Shown: piece by piece, positions 48,588 to 61,918 of the stretch
Layout: each line of letters opens with the position of its first letter
Numbering within the stretch: position 1 is the first letter of the stretch
Source: Lama glama
Taxonomy: Eukaryota
NCBI GenBank assembly: GCA_028534125.1
Contig: CM052829.1
Location: forward strand, 11,470,326-11,534,000
Direction of reading: 5' to 3'
DNA: 63,675 nucleotides
Program-made: the position numbers and the translations under genes
Notes under the pieces: generated by a model
Databases searched by the model: none
What the model saw: only the letters and a program-made list of their open reading frames with translations
Told to the model about the DNA's origin: nothing

Positions 48588-49529
48588 GTCTAAGATGACA
48601 CAACAGTTAAGTAGCAGAGGACTGCTTTTCTGGCCCCAAAATCTAAACATGTCACACGCCAGTACCCGAGGACCCAGATCTACCACACTTAAAAAATTAA
48701 GTTTAGGTCTCAGGACAGAGGTAAGAGGGCATTGGCTAGAGACTGAAGGACTAGGGGTCATCTAAATAGACCGGGACACTTCTCTTCAGCGCCCACACCA
48801 CTCATGGTTTTGTACCAGCTTTGCTCCTCATCTGACCTCGGCCCCATCCTCTCTCCCAAACTAACAGGCCACTGCTCTTTCCAACATAAGTCAGGTCCTT
48901 ACCCCCATCGCCCGGCACGTGCTTAATATTTGTGGAAGAAATGAATGAAAGAACGACTGAACCTGGAGGGATTCAGGCTGACATCTCTGTGTGCAGCTGA
49001 ACTTGGGCTTTGTCTCCACCCCGGTGGTGGAACCTGCTGTGACCCTTTACAAATCCTTCTCCACCCACTTTCCCCAGGAATAAGCTTTTCCTTTCTCCCT
49101 GTGCTTTGGGGGCCATCGGGAACCTATAATTTGAAGATCGTAAAATGCTGTTTTGCTAATGCCTGTTTTGTTCTGGTTATGAGGGCTTGTTTTCTGGTCC
49201 CATATCACTTGACGTATTGGACGTAGATGAGAATGTCCAGCTATACTTCATCATTTGCTTTCAAAAGAATTATGAAGTAGGCAAAGTTAGTGGAAAAAAA
49301 CGTGGTGGGTCATTAGGATGAAAGCGAAGAGGAAGGAAACCACTCCTTCCTTCTTTAAAGCTCTGCTGCTTAACATCCACTGCATTTGGTTAACGTCATT
49401 CTGTGCTGTCGATGCTCAAAAGATAACGCAACCCATGAACAGAAGTAGGTACATAGTCACATCTTACATAAACCTGAATTTATATTTGTTTAAAGCACCT
49501 GTGGGATAGTAGTGTCCCAAAACAGAAAG

Positions 49530-49750
49530 AGCGATAGCTTTACTGTCAGACATTTCTGGTCTGGAATCCTAACTTTTCCACTTAGTATTTAACTTTGAGC
49601 AAGTTTTTAACCTCTCTGACATTCAGTTTTCATATTTATAAAGAGAAGGTAATAACACCTACCTGATACTATCAACATAATGAATAAGTGAGAAAATACA
49701 GGTAAAGAGCTCATGCAGTACCTGACATATAGTAAGTAAATGTAGCTGCT
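49530..49750 (+). mobile_element. MIR relic
   Basis: actttgagcaagtttttaacctctctgacattcagttttcatatttataaa..cagtacctgacatatagtaag. Confidence 0.7.
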
Positions 49751-50042
49751 GTAATTTTTATTATAGCCCAAATACTAATGCTCAGAAACACATGGATTTT
49801 TACAATAGTCTCAATAAACAGACCTCCTTCCTAAATAATTCTATAATTTTATAAGACTAGAATAATCTTATGTTAAGTATCCCATCACCTGTGTTCTTTT
49901 TTTACTTAGATTTTCTTTAACTGAAGTCGAGTTGATTTACAACGTTTCATTGTAATTCTGATGTTTATTCCTTGAGCTTTTACCTCCAGATTCCCTTTCA
50001 CAGTTGTCACTCTGGAGATTCTGCTCCACGGAGCAGTATGGG

Positions 50043-50186
50043 AGAGATCCACATCCTGCTGACTATTTAGTCTTACTCAATATTCTTATGTCTTGTTCCT
50101 GAATTGTTTTCCAGAGAGATCCACATCCTGCTGACTATTTAGTCTTACTCAATATTCTTATGTCTTGTTCCTGAATTGTTTTCCAG
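50043..50186. repeat. Perfect two-copy 72-bp tandem duplication
   Basis: agagatccacatcctgctgactatttagtcttactcaatattcttatgtcttgttcctgaattgttttccag at 50043-50114 and 50115-50186. Confidence 0.97.
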
Positions 50187-50277
50187 CCATTTGCATGAGC
50201 TTTTCAAGAGCCCAGAACATCAGTTGCTTTCTCCTTTTCTTGTTGCACTTAACATTCCTTGTCATTCCTTCTTTGGT

Positions 50278-50296
50278 TTTCCACCAGAGGGCATGA
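50278..50296 (+). promoter_or_regulatory. CTCF-like motif
   Basis: CCACCAGAGGGCAT at 50281-50294 matches the CTCF core. Confidence 0.5.
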
Positions 50297-50394
50297 TAAA
50301 CCTAGCTAATACACAGTTTGGTCCAGGCACTTTTAATATGAGAAGTGAAACTATTTGGACTAGTTTAAATGCTTCTAATTCACTTACTCCAAGG

Positions 50395-50630
50395 CATCGT
50401 GGTTAAGGGCAGGATCTCCGAGGCCAAACTCTCTGTGAGTTCAGATCCCAGCTCTGCTATTTACCAGCTCGCAGTCTTGGGAAATTCCTTAATTTCCTCT
50501 CTAAGCCTCAGTGTTCCTATCCTTGTACAATGAAAATAACAATGTGCCTCATATTTTTGTTGTAAGGATTAAATGAACGTAGACACGTACTTGAAGCACT
50601 TAGAACCAAGCCTGGTCTATCGTAAGCATG
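50395..50630 (+). mobile_element. MIR relic
   Basis: gtggttaagggcagg..ttcagatcccagctctgctatttaccagct..ctctaagcctcagt..aaggattaaatga..aagcacttagaac. Confidence 0.75.
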
Positions 50631-51524
50631 AGTGAGTGAGAGCTGCTATGAAAGTTTATGAAAATGGCAGTTCCACTCACCTAGGACTTACCTGGAGAGC
50701 ACCAAAGGGTTGAAAGCTACTAAGGAATGCTAATTACTACCATTTTTTTTTGAGGGTCAAGTGGGAGCCAGGTCCTACTTATATGCTTTATTTCCACTCA
50801 ACGGACACATGAGTGAAAAGTCTATGTCCATTTGTTCATTGACCCATCCCAAGGGCTAGAACAGTGCCCAGTACCTTGGAGGTATTCAGTAAATATGTTT
50901 TAAATGAATTAAAGATTATTTTTATTAATCCATGTTTATAGAGGCCCAAGGAATTGATGTATATTGCCTAGAATTACACACATTAGTGGAATATGTTATA
51001 TCTAAAACCAAACATGTCTGATTTCAAAACCCATCTTCTTTCTGTGGAGGTTTTCTTACTTTAAATAAAGGCTGGAAATGTTGAAGAGTTAAAGGATATG
51101 AACTTTTGGTTGACCCTCATAACTGAACTGTCGGGCTGGGTTTTTATACTGCTAGAGGGGAGGATGTGAGACATTCCTTTTCGTAACAATTTCTGAGGCT
51201 TGTGGCCCCCAGAATTTAAATGATGTTTAGCAAAAAATTAACTTAATGAAGGTGTTACTTAATTACTCTCTAGCAAGCCTAGCCAGTATTCCTCATTCAT
51301 ATGTTCCCTGGGGCATTTTGCACCCTATTTCCTACAATGGAAATGGAATAAGCAAAATATAAAGGAAAAAGAATTTTTGAAAGTCTGCTTACACTTAAAT
51401 TTATTTTTGGGAGGGCACAATGGCTGGTTTACAGTTCATGTTCAATATATGTTTGTTGAATGACTGTGTGTGAGAGGGAATAGAGACAACCATGGCTAAG
51501 TATTCTAGTTCCTTAATAAGCCAC

Positions 51525-51640
51525 GTGGATCTGCTGTTAGAAATGCACATCTTCACCCAGCCCCACTGAATCGGATTCTACAGTTTCATAAGATCCGCAG
51601 GTGATTTATACGCACATTAAGGTTTGAGAAGCGAGGAGGC
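51525..51640. mobile_element. MER5A1-like relic
   Basis: gttagaaatgcaca..actgaatcggattctacagtttcataagatccgcaggtgatttatacgcacattaaggtttgagaagc. Confidence 0.7.
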
Positions 51641-54600
51641 TCTGGCCAGTATGGTTAATTGTGGAAAGCAAATGCTTGATTCCATTAACTTATTAATTAA
51701 TCAGTTTTTATTGGGCATGTTTCAAAAAACAAGGAACTGGAAGAAAATTTATGCTGGGCACCATAAAATTCCAAAACATTTTTTGAGAAGGAAGGGAAGG
51801 AGAACTATGAATGTGTTAAACCATGAAAACTATAAACATTTATTTTTCTTTTTAGGGATTTGCTCCCATCATGCCAAAATAGGATAGGTTTCTCCAAATT
51901 TACAAAATGATTTCTTGCATGGATTATGTGTATGAAAGTTTTGATTTCCCTTTATTTATGGCTTTACATAGCCTGAAGTCATTTTATTGTCAGTGATGCC
52001 TTTACCCTGTATGTATGAATCATCAAAATGTGTTCCTTAAGTCCAAGGTGGATGTGGACAGCTGAGCTAAAATTTATGGAACTGTCGTTCTCTGTGACAG
52101 ATGCCTCATGTTAGGTCATAAAAATTCTGTCTATGAAAAGGCAAAAAAATCTGCAGTGATATATATATATATATTTCAGTTACATGGAAAAACATGGTAA
52201 AAACATCTTTGTCTAGTATACTATACACCATACACACACATACGTATATATGTGTATTTATATACTATACATGTGTACATCTGTAGATATCACTTCAGTG
52301 GTATTTTATTTATTTGTATTTTACATGTAAATGTGCATAACTTCTTTAACATTTGTAATATCTTCTCACATCTTTGCAAAAGTTTATGGGCACCATAATA
52401 TAATTTGTTATAGTAAAAACACATCGTTGTAATTACTTTTAAAAAAATTCCAACCGAGAGTAATAGCAATGGAATATCTTGGTAGATTTTTTTTTCTTTT
52501 TAGTATCCAACCATTCCTGCATATAGTGCAATAATATTAAAAAATTGTTAGCAAACTAGGAATAACATAGTAATAAAGCAATGATTCAGTTTCTTTCATT
52601 AAATTATCTACAGGTATATTTTTCCTCTACAAAATTGAACTCTGTCTTTTTAAAACATGAACTTGATTACCATTCTTGGGTAAGTCACTCATGCCTCTCT
52701 GACTGGAAATTAGTTCATCTGTAATATCGAATATCCGATTAGATTATCCCTGAAATTACCTTAAGCTCAAAACCAAAATGGTAGTTTCTTTCCCTTTAAA
52801 TCTCTATGAAATTGCACAAAGTCATGGATTTTATATCTCTAGTGTTTTGTCCTTACTCCAAAATCCAATTCAATAAGAACAGCAGTATTAGTGAGCTCAC
52901 TGTGCATTTGAAGACCCTTTCCTTCTACTGAAAGTAAAGAGAAGGGACTAAATGGCGTCGCTGGCTGCTGCAGTGTGTTCACCTGAAAAACACTGCCTTT
53001 AACCTGCCATCTTACATTTACTTCCATAAAGCAGGAGCTTCATTCTCCTGAAAAGCGTTTGTACTTGTTTGTGAAGACAGCTGTGCTCTCTTGCTCTGTC
53101 TCTCTCCCCTTTTGAATACTATTGTAGACAATGCGACTGTAGAGACTAAAGGGAGCTTTGGCCGTGTTTTACTGATTATCGAAGCTATTCGGAAACGTAG
53201 TCAAATTAAAGAATTTCCTCCATAGCAATAGTTTAGGTCATTAGTGCAATAGTATTTACGAAGCATGATTTTGGCTATATTTTGTTATATTGTTATTTTA
53301 TTTTAGTTAAAAATGGTTTCGGTGTATTATGGAATTCGTGACCAAAGTCCTAACCTCATGATTCAATATCTGTAAGAAAAAGGAGCACTAAATACAAGGA
53401 AAGGCATGCACTGTTGGTTTTTTGCCGGTTAAATATATTCTATGGAAATTTGATCTCTGAGGACTGATAAGGAAAACATTTTTCAAGGGATTTCTAATGC
53501 CAGGTATGCCATGATGCCCAGTTAGACGGAGAAATAGAATGAATACTTTTGCTAACAGCAAGACCACTTCAAGAGCTTCTTAACTGGACTCCTTTCTTCC
53601 ACCCCATCAAATTTCCACCTAATGTAAGAGTGATATTTATAAAAAGTGAATCAGACAGTGTATTAGACGCTCCAGACGAACAAAAGTCTTCGGAAAAAAA
53701 ACAATGGTCCTCAAGGGAGTTTCAGTTCGCTGATAGCCTTAGGAGGGATGCTGTAGTCAGGGCCAGCTTCACGGGTGGTGACCCGCACGGTCACACTGGG
53801 ATCTGCTCTCAGGAGTCCAGACGGCTGACTATAGTGCTGTCACCCTCTTGAAATCCTTAATAATTTTACCTTTTTCAATAATTTATTTTTTGTAAATGCA
53901 ATCGAATGGGACAACTCTGCCTTGTTACTTTTTAAAAAACATTACAAAGATTTTCTGCACCTTTTCTGGTTGAGGATAATTAGGGCAACTAACATCACTG
54001 AGTGCCTTCTGTGTGTTAGGAATTAAGCAAAGCATCTTACATAGTAAAGAAATATTTGACCCATGTAACCCCCTCCTCCCCTCAAAAACAAAAAAGGCTG
54101 GTGCTTTGTTAACTCTCATTTTACAAATGATTTCTTGGGACTCACAGCAATTAGGTAAGAAATTCAGGTGTTATCTGACTCCTAAGACTCCCCTTAGGTC
54201 TGCATGTACAATACCTTCCCATCAGCTCCACCCACATTGGGCACTCAGGATCTTTGTACCTTCCTCTTCTCTGCCCTTCCATCTAGAAGGTTTAGTTTGA
54301 TAGTAAACCTCACTAAACTTTTAAGTCAAAATGTCATGTCTTTGAAGAACTCATTATTTTTGGTGTTATTCCTACCTGAAGTAAAATAATGAATCTTGGG
54401 AATGAAATTTGGAATTGGTGAGAAGGTATTCTGGGAGCAGGAAACTTGACTGATGCCTCTGAAATTATACCCCACAGATGTTCATCTCCTTTATGACTAA
54501 GACTGACCTTTCTAGGGACCACCGGTTTTTTGCTCTCCAATCCTGGAGCTACGACTGCCATCTCAGAGGAAAAACAAGGAAAAAAAAAAAAAAAAAAGAC

Positions 54601-55350
54601 CTAAAGCTGCATATGACGTAGAAGTGAGTCACAGGAAGAAAATGATATTGTAACTATTCCCAGGTGACAATCATATTCAGTATAAACTACCTTTCATCAG
54701 AGTGGAGACGGAGTTATTACTCTTATTGCTTTTTCAAAATACTTCAGAAATTTTTATGATAGCTTCTTAATAAGATTATAAGAGAAACAGACACATCAGA
54801 CAGATAAAATGATATTTTAAATGTGATTTAGCATCATGTAACTGGCTTTTGTATAGAGAATCCTCTTTTGCATATTTACAATTAAGCACCATGTATCAAT
54901 TTAGAAGTTATGTGTATTTTTCTTTTTTTCTGTAGTTTTCATTTTATACCAACTTTATCTTATATTTTTAAATGCTTTACTAACTGTTCCTTAAATTCAT
55001 TCGAAACGTGTTTAGTATAACCTTTTACTGTGTGACACTATTAATTTAATAGCTTTTACAGGGCAAAACATTATTAGGTGGAAATAATTGATGATGTTGA
55101 AATATTGAGCATTTTATTAAAAGTGACAGATTTATTCAGGCAGATTGAATAATGCAAGCATGAAAAAATCTGTGTGTATTATTATGAGATAATATGACTA
55201 TGAGTAATTCAGTTCTTAGTTGTCATCAGAGTTAAAAAAGAAGTAAGATTATTTTAAAATCCTAGAATAATCTTAATGAGATTAATTTTCCCTTACAAAT
55301 TATAGTGTAATAGCAAAATATATTAATTAAATCATTTTTGTAAATATATA

Positions 55351-55474
55351 TTTTTTATTGAAGTATAGTCAGTTTACAATGTTGTATTAGTTTCTGGTGT
55401 ACAGCACAATGCTTCAGTCATACATGATCATACATATATTCATTTCCATATTCTTTTTCACCATAAGTTACTAT
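55351..55474 (-). mobile_element. Short L1 3'-end fragment
   Basis: ttttttattgaagtatagtcagtttacaatgttg..tctggtgtacagcacaatgcttcagtcatac, closely matching the start of 3861-4220. Confidence 0.8.
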
Positions 55475-56161
55475 TAAATGATATTATTTATTATTTTTAA
55501 CATGCTCACTAGGATTATATAATTCACAACAAAATTCAGAATTGGAGAATAATAAATAGGTAGACCAAACATTATCTGTAGGCAGTATGTAAAATAAATG
55601 GGAATATCTACCAAAATATGTTTTTCCTTTCTTTCTGAATTTGAGTATACATTTATTTTTAAAGTATACATTTATAATTATTAGAAACTGCTATATACTT
55701 CTGGTTGAACATGCTTTTGTAATATTAAAATGAGTTTAAAAGACAAAGGTCATCAAAGGCCTTCTTTTATTTATGAGCATTAAAAAGTACTGGTTAGGTG
55801 GTTATCAGGAGGATTATTGACTTGATGCAAATTCACCTTCACAAAATATCTGGCTTTAAAATACAGAGGGCTGTGGAAAAAGCAGACAGAACGGAGGTTG
55901 GAAAAATGCAGACACCCCAGTGATACTGCCAGTGAATCATTCACTCATTCAAGTATTTATCTTATACAGGGCAGCAGATTCTGTTATGCACAGAGGATTC
56001 AGCTGTGAGAAAGGCAAATATGGTCCTTGATCTCACAGAATCTATAGCACCAAGTCTAGTTGGGAAAACAGGTAATTAAACAATAATATCCAAGTGTGAT
56101 GGATGCTGTAGATCCATATGTCCCCACCGTGTCCAGTCATGAGTAGCTATATCAAGAAAAC

Positions 56162-56520
56162 TGTTGTAGAATGAATCCCTCCAAATTTGCATATTGTAAC
56201 CTAACTCCCAGCATTGGTATGTGGAGATAACGTCACTGGGAGGTAAGTAAGTCCTGAGGATGCAGCCCTCCCGAATGAGATTAGTGCCCTTCTAAAAGAG
56301 GCACCAGAGAGCTCCCTCACTCCTTCCACCACCTGAAGACACCACAAGAAGAAGGCCATCTATGAACCCCAAAGTGGGTCTTCACCGGACGCTGAACCTG
56401 CCTGTGCCTTGGTCTTGAAGGGCTTCCCAACCTCCAGAACAGTGAGAAATCAATTTCTGTTCTTCATAAGACATCCAGTCCATGGTATCTTGGGGTTAGC
56501 AGCCCTAACAGTCTAAGATA
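56162..56520 (+). mobile_element. MLT1A/MST-type (MaLR) solo LTR
   Basis: gaatgagattagtgcccttctaaaagagg..aaggccatctatgaacc..cctccagaacagtgagaaatcaatttctgttcttcataag..agcagcc..ctaagata. Confidence 0.8.
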
Positions 56521-58349
56521 GGGGCCTAACACAGGGTAGGGGAGAGTCAACAAGGCCTTCTGTTTGGTGGTGACTGAAGGGTGTAAATTAAGCTTAAACA
56601 GTTAGCCTAGATTCAGTGTCAATGCTCATAGTTTAAATATTTAGAAATTCATTAGTTGGTTAACTCAGTCAACAAGTACTTATTGCACACACTATGCGCC
56701 ATATTTAGAGGTAAATATGTGCTGTATTTAGAGGAAAAGCACAATCTCTCTGGTGAGATCTGACATCTCATTTGTGATGGCCAAGCAAACTATGCATCAT
56801 GGGTTTGCAGGTTAATAAACGTTTCTAAACAGATAACAAAGTGCATTAGCCTTGTAAATACTTTCAAAAATTACTAAGCTCCAAGAATTGCTTCTTTGGG
56901 CTTCTATATTTTGCCTTGTCCTGTCCAAAACACTGCTTCCTTTCTGTCCATACCATCATTTGCCACGTCTTTTCATCCCTAAGCACATAAAAAATTTAAA
57001 TTCACCTGTATCAAGTCATCAATCAATAAATGCATTTATTTTCCACCAAGCTTTTCTCATTTGATTTTACTCAGAAATCCTGTGTACACACACTCTCCGT
57101 GCAAACAAAGCGAAAAAGCAATGAAACCAGTAAGATGTCATTAAGTACTATTTAGATATTAAGATACCTCAGTGGCTGTCAATCTTTTGCATACTGGAAA
57201 GATTTTTTGCCCCCGTGTGGCAAAGGGATAGCTGCCTTACACATTTTATATTCATAAATCTTCAGATTCTGGTCAGTGAAAAAGTGTTATACAGTAAAGA
57301 CTTTGATAAAAGGATTAAAAGCAGGACAGATTTTCATCTTTGGCAAAATAGTGGGACGAATGAGCTACCATTCTCAGAAAACGCTCTTTTCTAAACAGTG
57401 TACTTAGCATCAGAAGGAATACAGCTAACGTCAGAGATCTTCTTACTACATGGCGATATTCTTTCTACATGCAGAACAAATAACTTTCTAACCATATTTA
57501 TTAAAGGGGACCTGATCTTTTTGGGATTCTTTGAGAGGCTGTGCTTCAGAGGTGATGTGAAATGTGACACACGCATCATGAGCAGCTGTCTAATGTCAGA
57601 TGCCATTGATTCAATTTGTGCAGCCCAGATGTTAGAGGCCACTCAACAAATTGAACATAAAATTATTGAAACTCGTGACAAAGAAGGAAGGACAAAAAGG
57701 GATTAATTACCAATAAGGATCTGAAGAAAACATTTGTTTATGGTTACTCACTTATTTAAAGGTTATTGAGCTACATTTTAAAAGTCTGGAAACATTTAGT
57801 CATCTTTCTTTTCAAAAATGATGAAAAGAGGAAATTATTACTATAAGGAATATAACTTTAATTTAATATTTCTACATGCATGTGTACTGTAGTAATAAGA
57901 TTTTAATTTTCATCAGGAAAAGAAAAGGGAACAAATTGCTATTAGCCATCAATCTACCCCTTTTGTGAATTAAATGGTGATTCATATGCATTCAACACTA
58001 GTCGGGACATTATTCATATAATGACTACTTTTCCAGCCTTTAAAGATTTAAAGCAAAGTGGAAAACTTGAATAGGTTTCAGGGGAGAACCAGACATCTAC
58101 ATTGTTAGAATATTAATGCCTAAACCTCAAGAGAAAAGCCTAAAGAAATTAAATTACTTGATCTGGGGAAAAGAATTCAAATATGAGATATCTTTTCTAA
58201 GAAGAACAGAGCAAGAATAAGCAGTAGTAACTAAAAGAGAAGTATTTTTGAATAATATAAGGAAAAAACTCTACAATTAGTTCAACTAGATAGTTTAAGT
58301 CGGATCCTTCTTTGGAGATATTTTAAGGCAGGCTGGAATCATGTTCAAT

Positions 58350-58990
58350 TGTTCATTCGTCCATTCATCCAACAAGTATTTATTGAACAGCAATTTATGT
58401 ACAATACAGAAGGGATCCCTGGTCTCTTAGGTCTTACATTATACTAGGGTATATACTATATACTATATACATATATACTAGTACTATATACTATATAGTA
58501 TACTATATAGTATACTAGTATATATATATACTATATATATATATATATATATATATATTGAAAGAGACAGTAAATAAATAAACTAATAAGACAAGAATTT
58601 CAAATATTAAGATGTGCTATGAAGACTACAAAATAAAACAACAGGAAAGAGAGTGGCCAAGTTGGGAATTTATCATTCAAATTGGGAATTAGGGACGTCT
58701 CTTTGGAGGTGGCAACGTTGATGCTGGAACTTGAATGATGAGAAGGAAATAGCCATGCAAAGTCTGGGAGAAAAGCACCACAGACAGGCTGAATAGCAGG
58801 TACAGAGGCCCTGAGCTGGCCTGAACTCAGGGCACCACTGCAAGACAAGAAGCCTTGAGTGTCCAGAGAATAAGGCCAGGGAGAGGACAGGAAGGTGAGA
58901 TGCTGAGCCAAGTTCCTGTAAGCTTTGCAGGCTACAGTTAGGAGTTTGGGTTTTATTCAAGTCCAGTGGGAAGCTGCTGGGTGGCTGTAA
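58350..58990 (-). mobile_element. L2 relic interrupted by an AT-rich simple repeat
   Basis: ttcattcgtccattcatccaacaagtatttattgaa..gaatgatgagaaggaaatagccatgcaaag..gtacagaggccctgag. Confidence 0.65.
58450..58558. repeat. (TATAC/TATAG/TA)n low-complexity repeat
   Basis: Visible directly. Includes a perfect 28-bp palindrome at 58487-58514. Confidence 0.95.
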
Positions 58991-61867
58991 ATGTCAGAGA
59001 ACAGAATAGGTAGGTTTTCAGTTTGCTTCATCCCTATGATTTGACAATAGCAACCAAAATGCTAGTTTTTTTTTTTTTAAAGTGCTGTCTTCCATAGAAA
59101 AGGACTTGTTCTAACTTTGGACATAGAATTAGTTAGTTTTTAGATTTAAGTTTTATAGCCTAAAAACAATGTGGGTCTTAATCTAATAAGGAAAGTTTGT
59201 CTGAAAAGTCTACAGGAATCTATCTTGTGAGCCCATTTAAATCTCTTCCCATCTGAATCCCGTTCCAAGACAGCACTCCCTATCTATTGTCCATTGCTTT
59301 CAAATAAGAAAGAATATTATTTTAGCATGAAATTTAACTGCATGAATAATACTAACCATTAAATTAACTAAAATTATTGTACATGTTCTATTTTCAGTGT
59401 AAATGTATTTACTACCTTAATATTACAGAATCCATACTTCCTATATAGGGAAGTGTAGATGGAAAATGATCATTTAATATGTAGAGAAAGCAGGAAGTTG
59501 TCAAATATTAGTACTGATTACATCCCTTGCACTCTAACTAGAGCTTCACATAAAATACCAAGAAAGAGTGACTGTCCTGAGATCACAGAAGGATGGTGGA
59601 CTGGAACTCCAGAATCCTGAATTCCCACTACCTTTCTACAACTTTCTGGAGCAAGTTAAACTGGTGCCCAAATAAAGGTTTTCCACACAACGCAGCTGCT
59701 AACTTTGCCTTTTGCCTTGAGCCTCTTACTGTCAAAATGAGTTTTTATTTGAAGGGAACGTTATAGGAAATAGATTTATGCTTCTATTCCACTTCATCCT
59801 ATATTTACCTAAATGACAGTTATTTCAAAGCCTCCGTTTGGAGTTTAAAGAGATTCTGTTCAAGGACAGACTCAGGACATGTTCATAATCACTACCATTC
59901 TCTTTAGTTGTCGTGTGCCTAAGAAATACAGGAAAGTTGGGACCAATTGATAGAATCCGGATACGACAGATCATACCTTCCTCACTCTTCCTTCAGCTTC
60001 CACCATAGTCACCGTTTCCTCCAGTGCTTACAACAGTGATTTACATACATCCTCTACAGTCAGCATATTTTGTTGAGAGGCCAAATCTGTCCTGACAGTG
60101 TTTAATATCTTTTATGAAATGTTTGTATTACATCGTAGGAAATTATCTTTTCTTAGAAGAACAATGATAGTACAATATTTGTTCTACTTCAATGTCAAGA
60201 GGCAGTGATGCTCTTTCTGAAATCTGACTGAAGATTTTTAGCTATATTTTACTTTGTCTGCTACCGAAAAGGATTTGAGGTAGCTTACAGTAGTTCAATG
60301 GAACAAATCAATAAAATTGTGTTGGTATTATGTGTGCCTGGCACAGCGCTGTGTGATGGGGATACCAAAATGGATGTGATGTGTTCTCTGCACCCAAGAA
60401 ACTCCCTGCCTAGTGAGGATAGCAATGAACTGTAATACATGTTGTCAGTAGTACCGTAGTGATCTGAGCTAAGTGCTCTAATGCAATCAGAAAAGACAAA
60501 TTCAATAAGACCACAAAATCACTGCAATTCTGATACAAGAACGAGTCCTGCCTTGGGCAGAGGCAGACATGGCCAAAAACAAAACAGAACAAACTGGACT
60601 AAGGAAAAACTAGTATCAATGAGCTACCATCTAATAAGGGTTCGTCATAAGATTTTCTTAGGAGAATTATCTTATCTTTATGGCACTGAATTTCTCATGG
60701 TCATCTTTACACACGTGCCGCAAAACAATATTGACACTGTTTATGTAGTTATACGAACATTGGGGATTTTTTAAATAGTATGTTTTTCTCACATGGCTAC
60801 TTGACAACAGCTGATTATACAATTTTATATTATTCCTCCATGAAGACATTCCACACGGAAATAAAGAGGTGTAGCCAGGATGAGAGTTTTTTGCTTTTCT
60901 GATTTGGTATGAAAGTCTGCCCTGGACGTTAACAGAGGACAGAGCACATTCCATGGCCCAGCTGGACAGACGAGCTCTATCCACTGCTGTCCCACACGGG
61001 GGCCTCCACTCCCAGGGCGGCATCTACTATTTGTACTGGCTTCTTGTAAATGCCCAGCAGTCATTTCACCAGCAGCACCAGCAGTTCCTCTTCATCAGTC
61101 TAAAAGGCAGGCCATTAAAAGCAGAAAATAAGTTTCTGCCAAGTAAGCTTCTGACAGCTCTCAAGCAATATGGTGTCAGGGTTCAAGAGATCTGGGGACT
61201 AATCAAAGGAAACAGCGATGACCACATAACAGACGTTATTAGGCACTACTTGGACAAGGTTGCAGGCGAGGGGGCAGTGCCTCACAGGTGGTGCTCACAG
61301 CAGAAGGCCAGTAACCAGAGGGGAGCACCGGAGGGAGGGGGATCAGAGAAGGGACTTGTGCTTCCAGGGGCTGTTGCTCTGATGTCATCAGCAGCCCTGT
61401 GGGGAGTCCCTGGGTCAGAACTGCCATAGCAACTTGGGGCTTTATAATCACAAGTCTCAGACTTCTCAATGACCAGATGGCTGGTGAGGTTTTGTGGGGT
61501 ATACAAAGTAGGTAGGCTTTCAATGGCTCAAAATCCACTTTTTGTGCCATTTGAAAAAAAAAATTGGGTACATAAAAGTTTGAGTTTGGTGCTTATGAAC
61601 TTCTGCACTAATAGGTCTCACTCTACAGTGAAAAAGTCAGCCCAGGTGCCAGTCCACAGAGGCAGTCTTTGACTCATTTATATAACAATGAGTTCTTTTT
61701 TTTATTATGGAGAACCAACCTCAGTGATCTTTCCATTGCTTGAGAAGTAGAAATAGCTAAAATGTCTTTCATACTTTCAAAAACTTCCATTGAAATGCCT
61801 TTCCTATTTCCTGTCTTCCTTAGATATATGGTAATTCGCCTTGGCATATAGAAGATACTGAAGTGTA

Positions 61868-61872
<5 letters not shown>

Positions 61873-61910
<38 letters not shown>
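61873..61910. repeat. (TA)19 microsatellite
   Basis: Uninterrupted TA run. Confidence 0.97.

Positions 61911-61918
<8 letters not shown>

Noticed and set aside
50043-50186. CRISPR-like or other prokaryotic repeat array
   Set aside because: Two abutting copies with no spacers in clearly mammalian, intron-containing DNA. No prokaryotic or viral genes were seen anywhere in the window.
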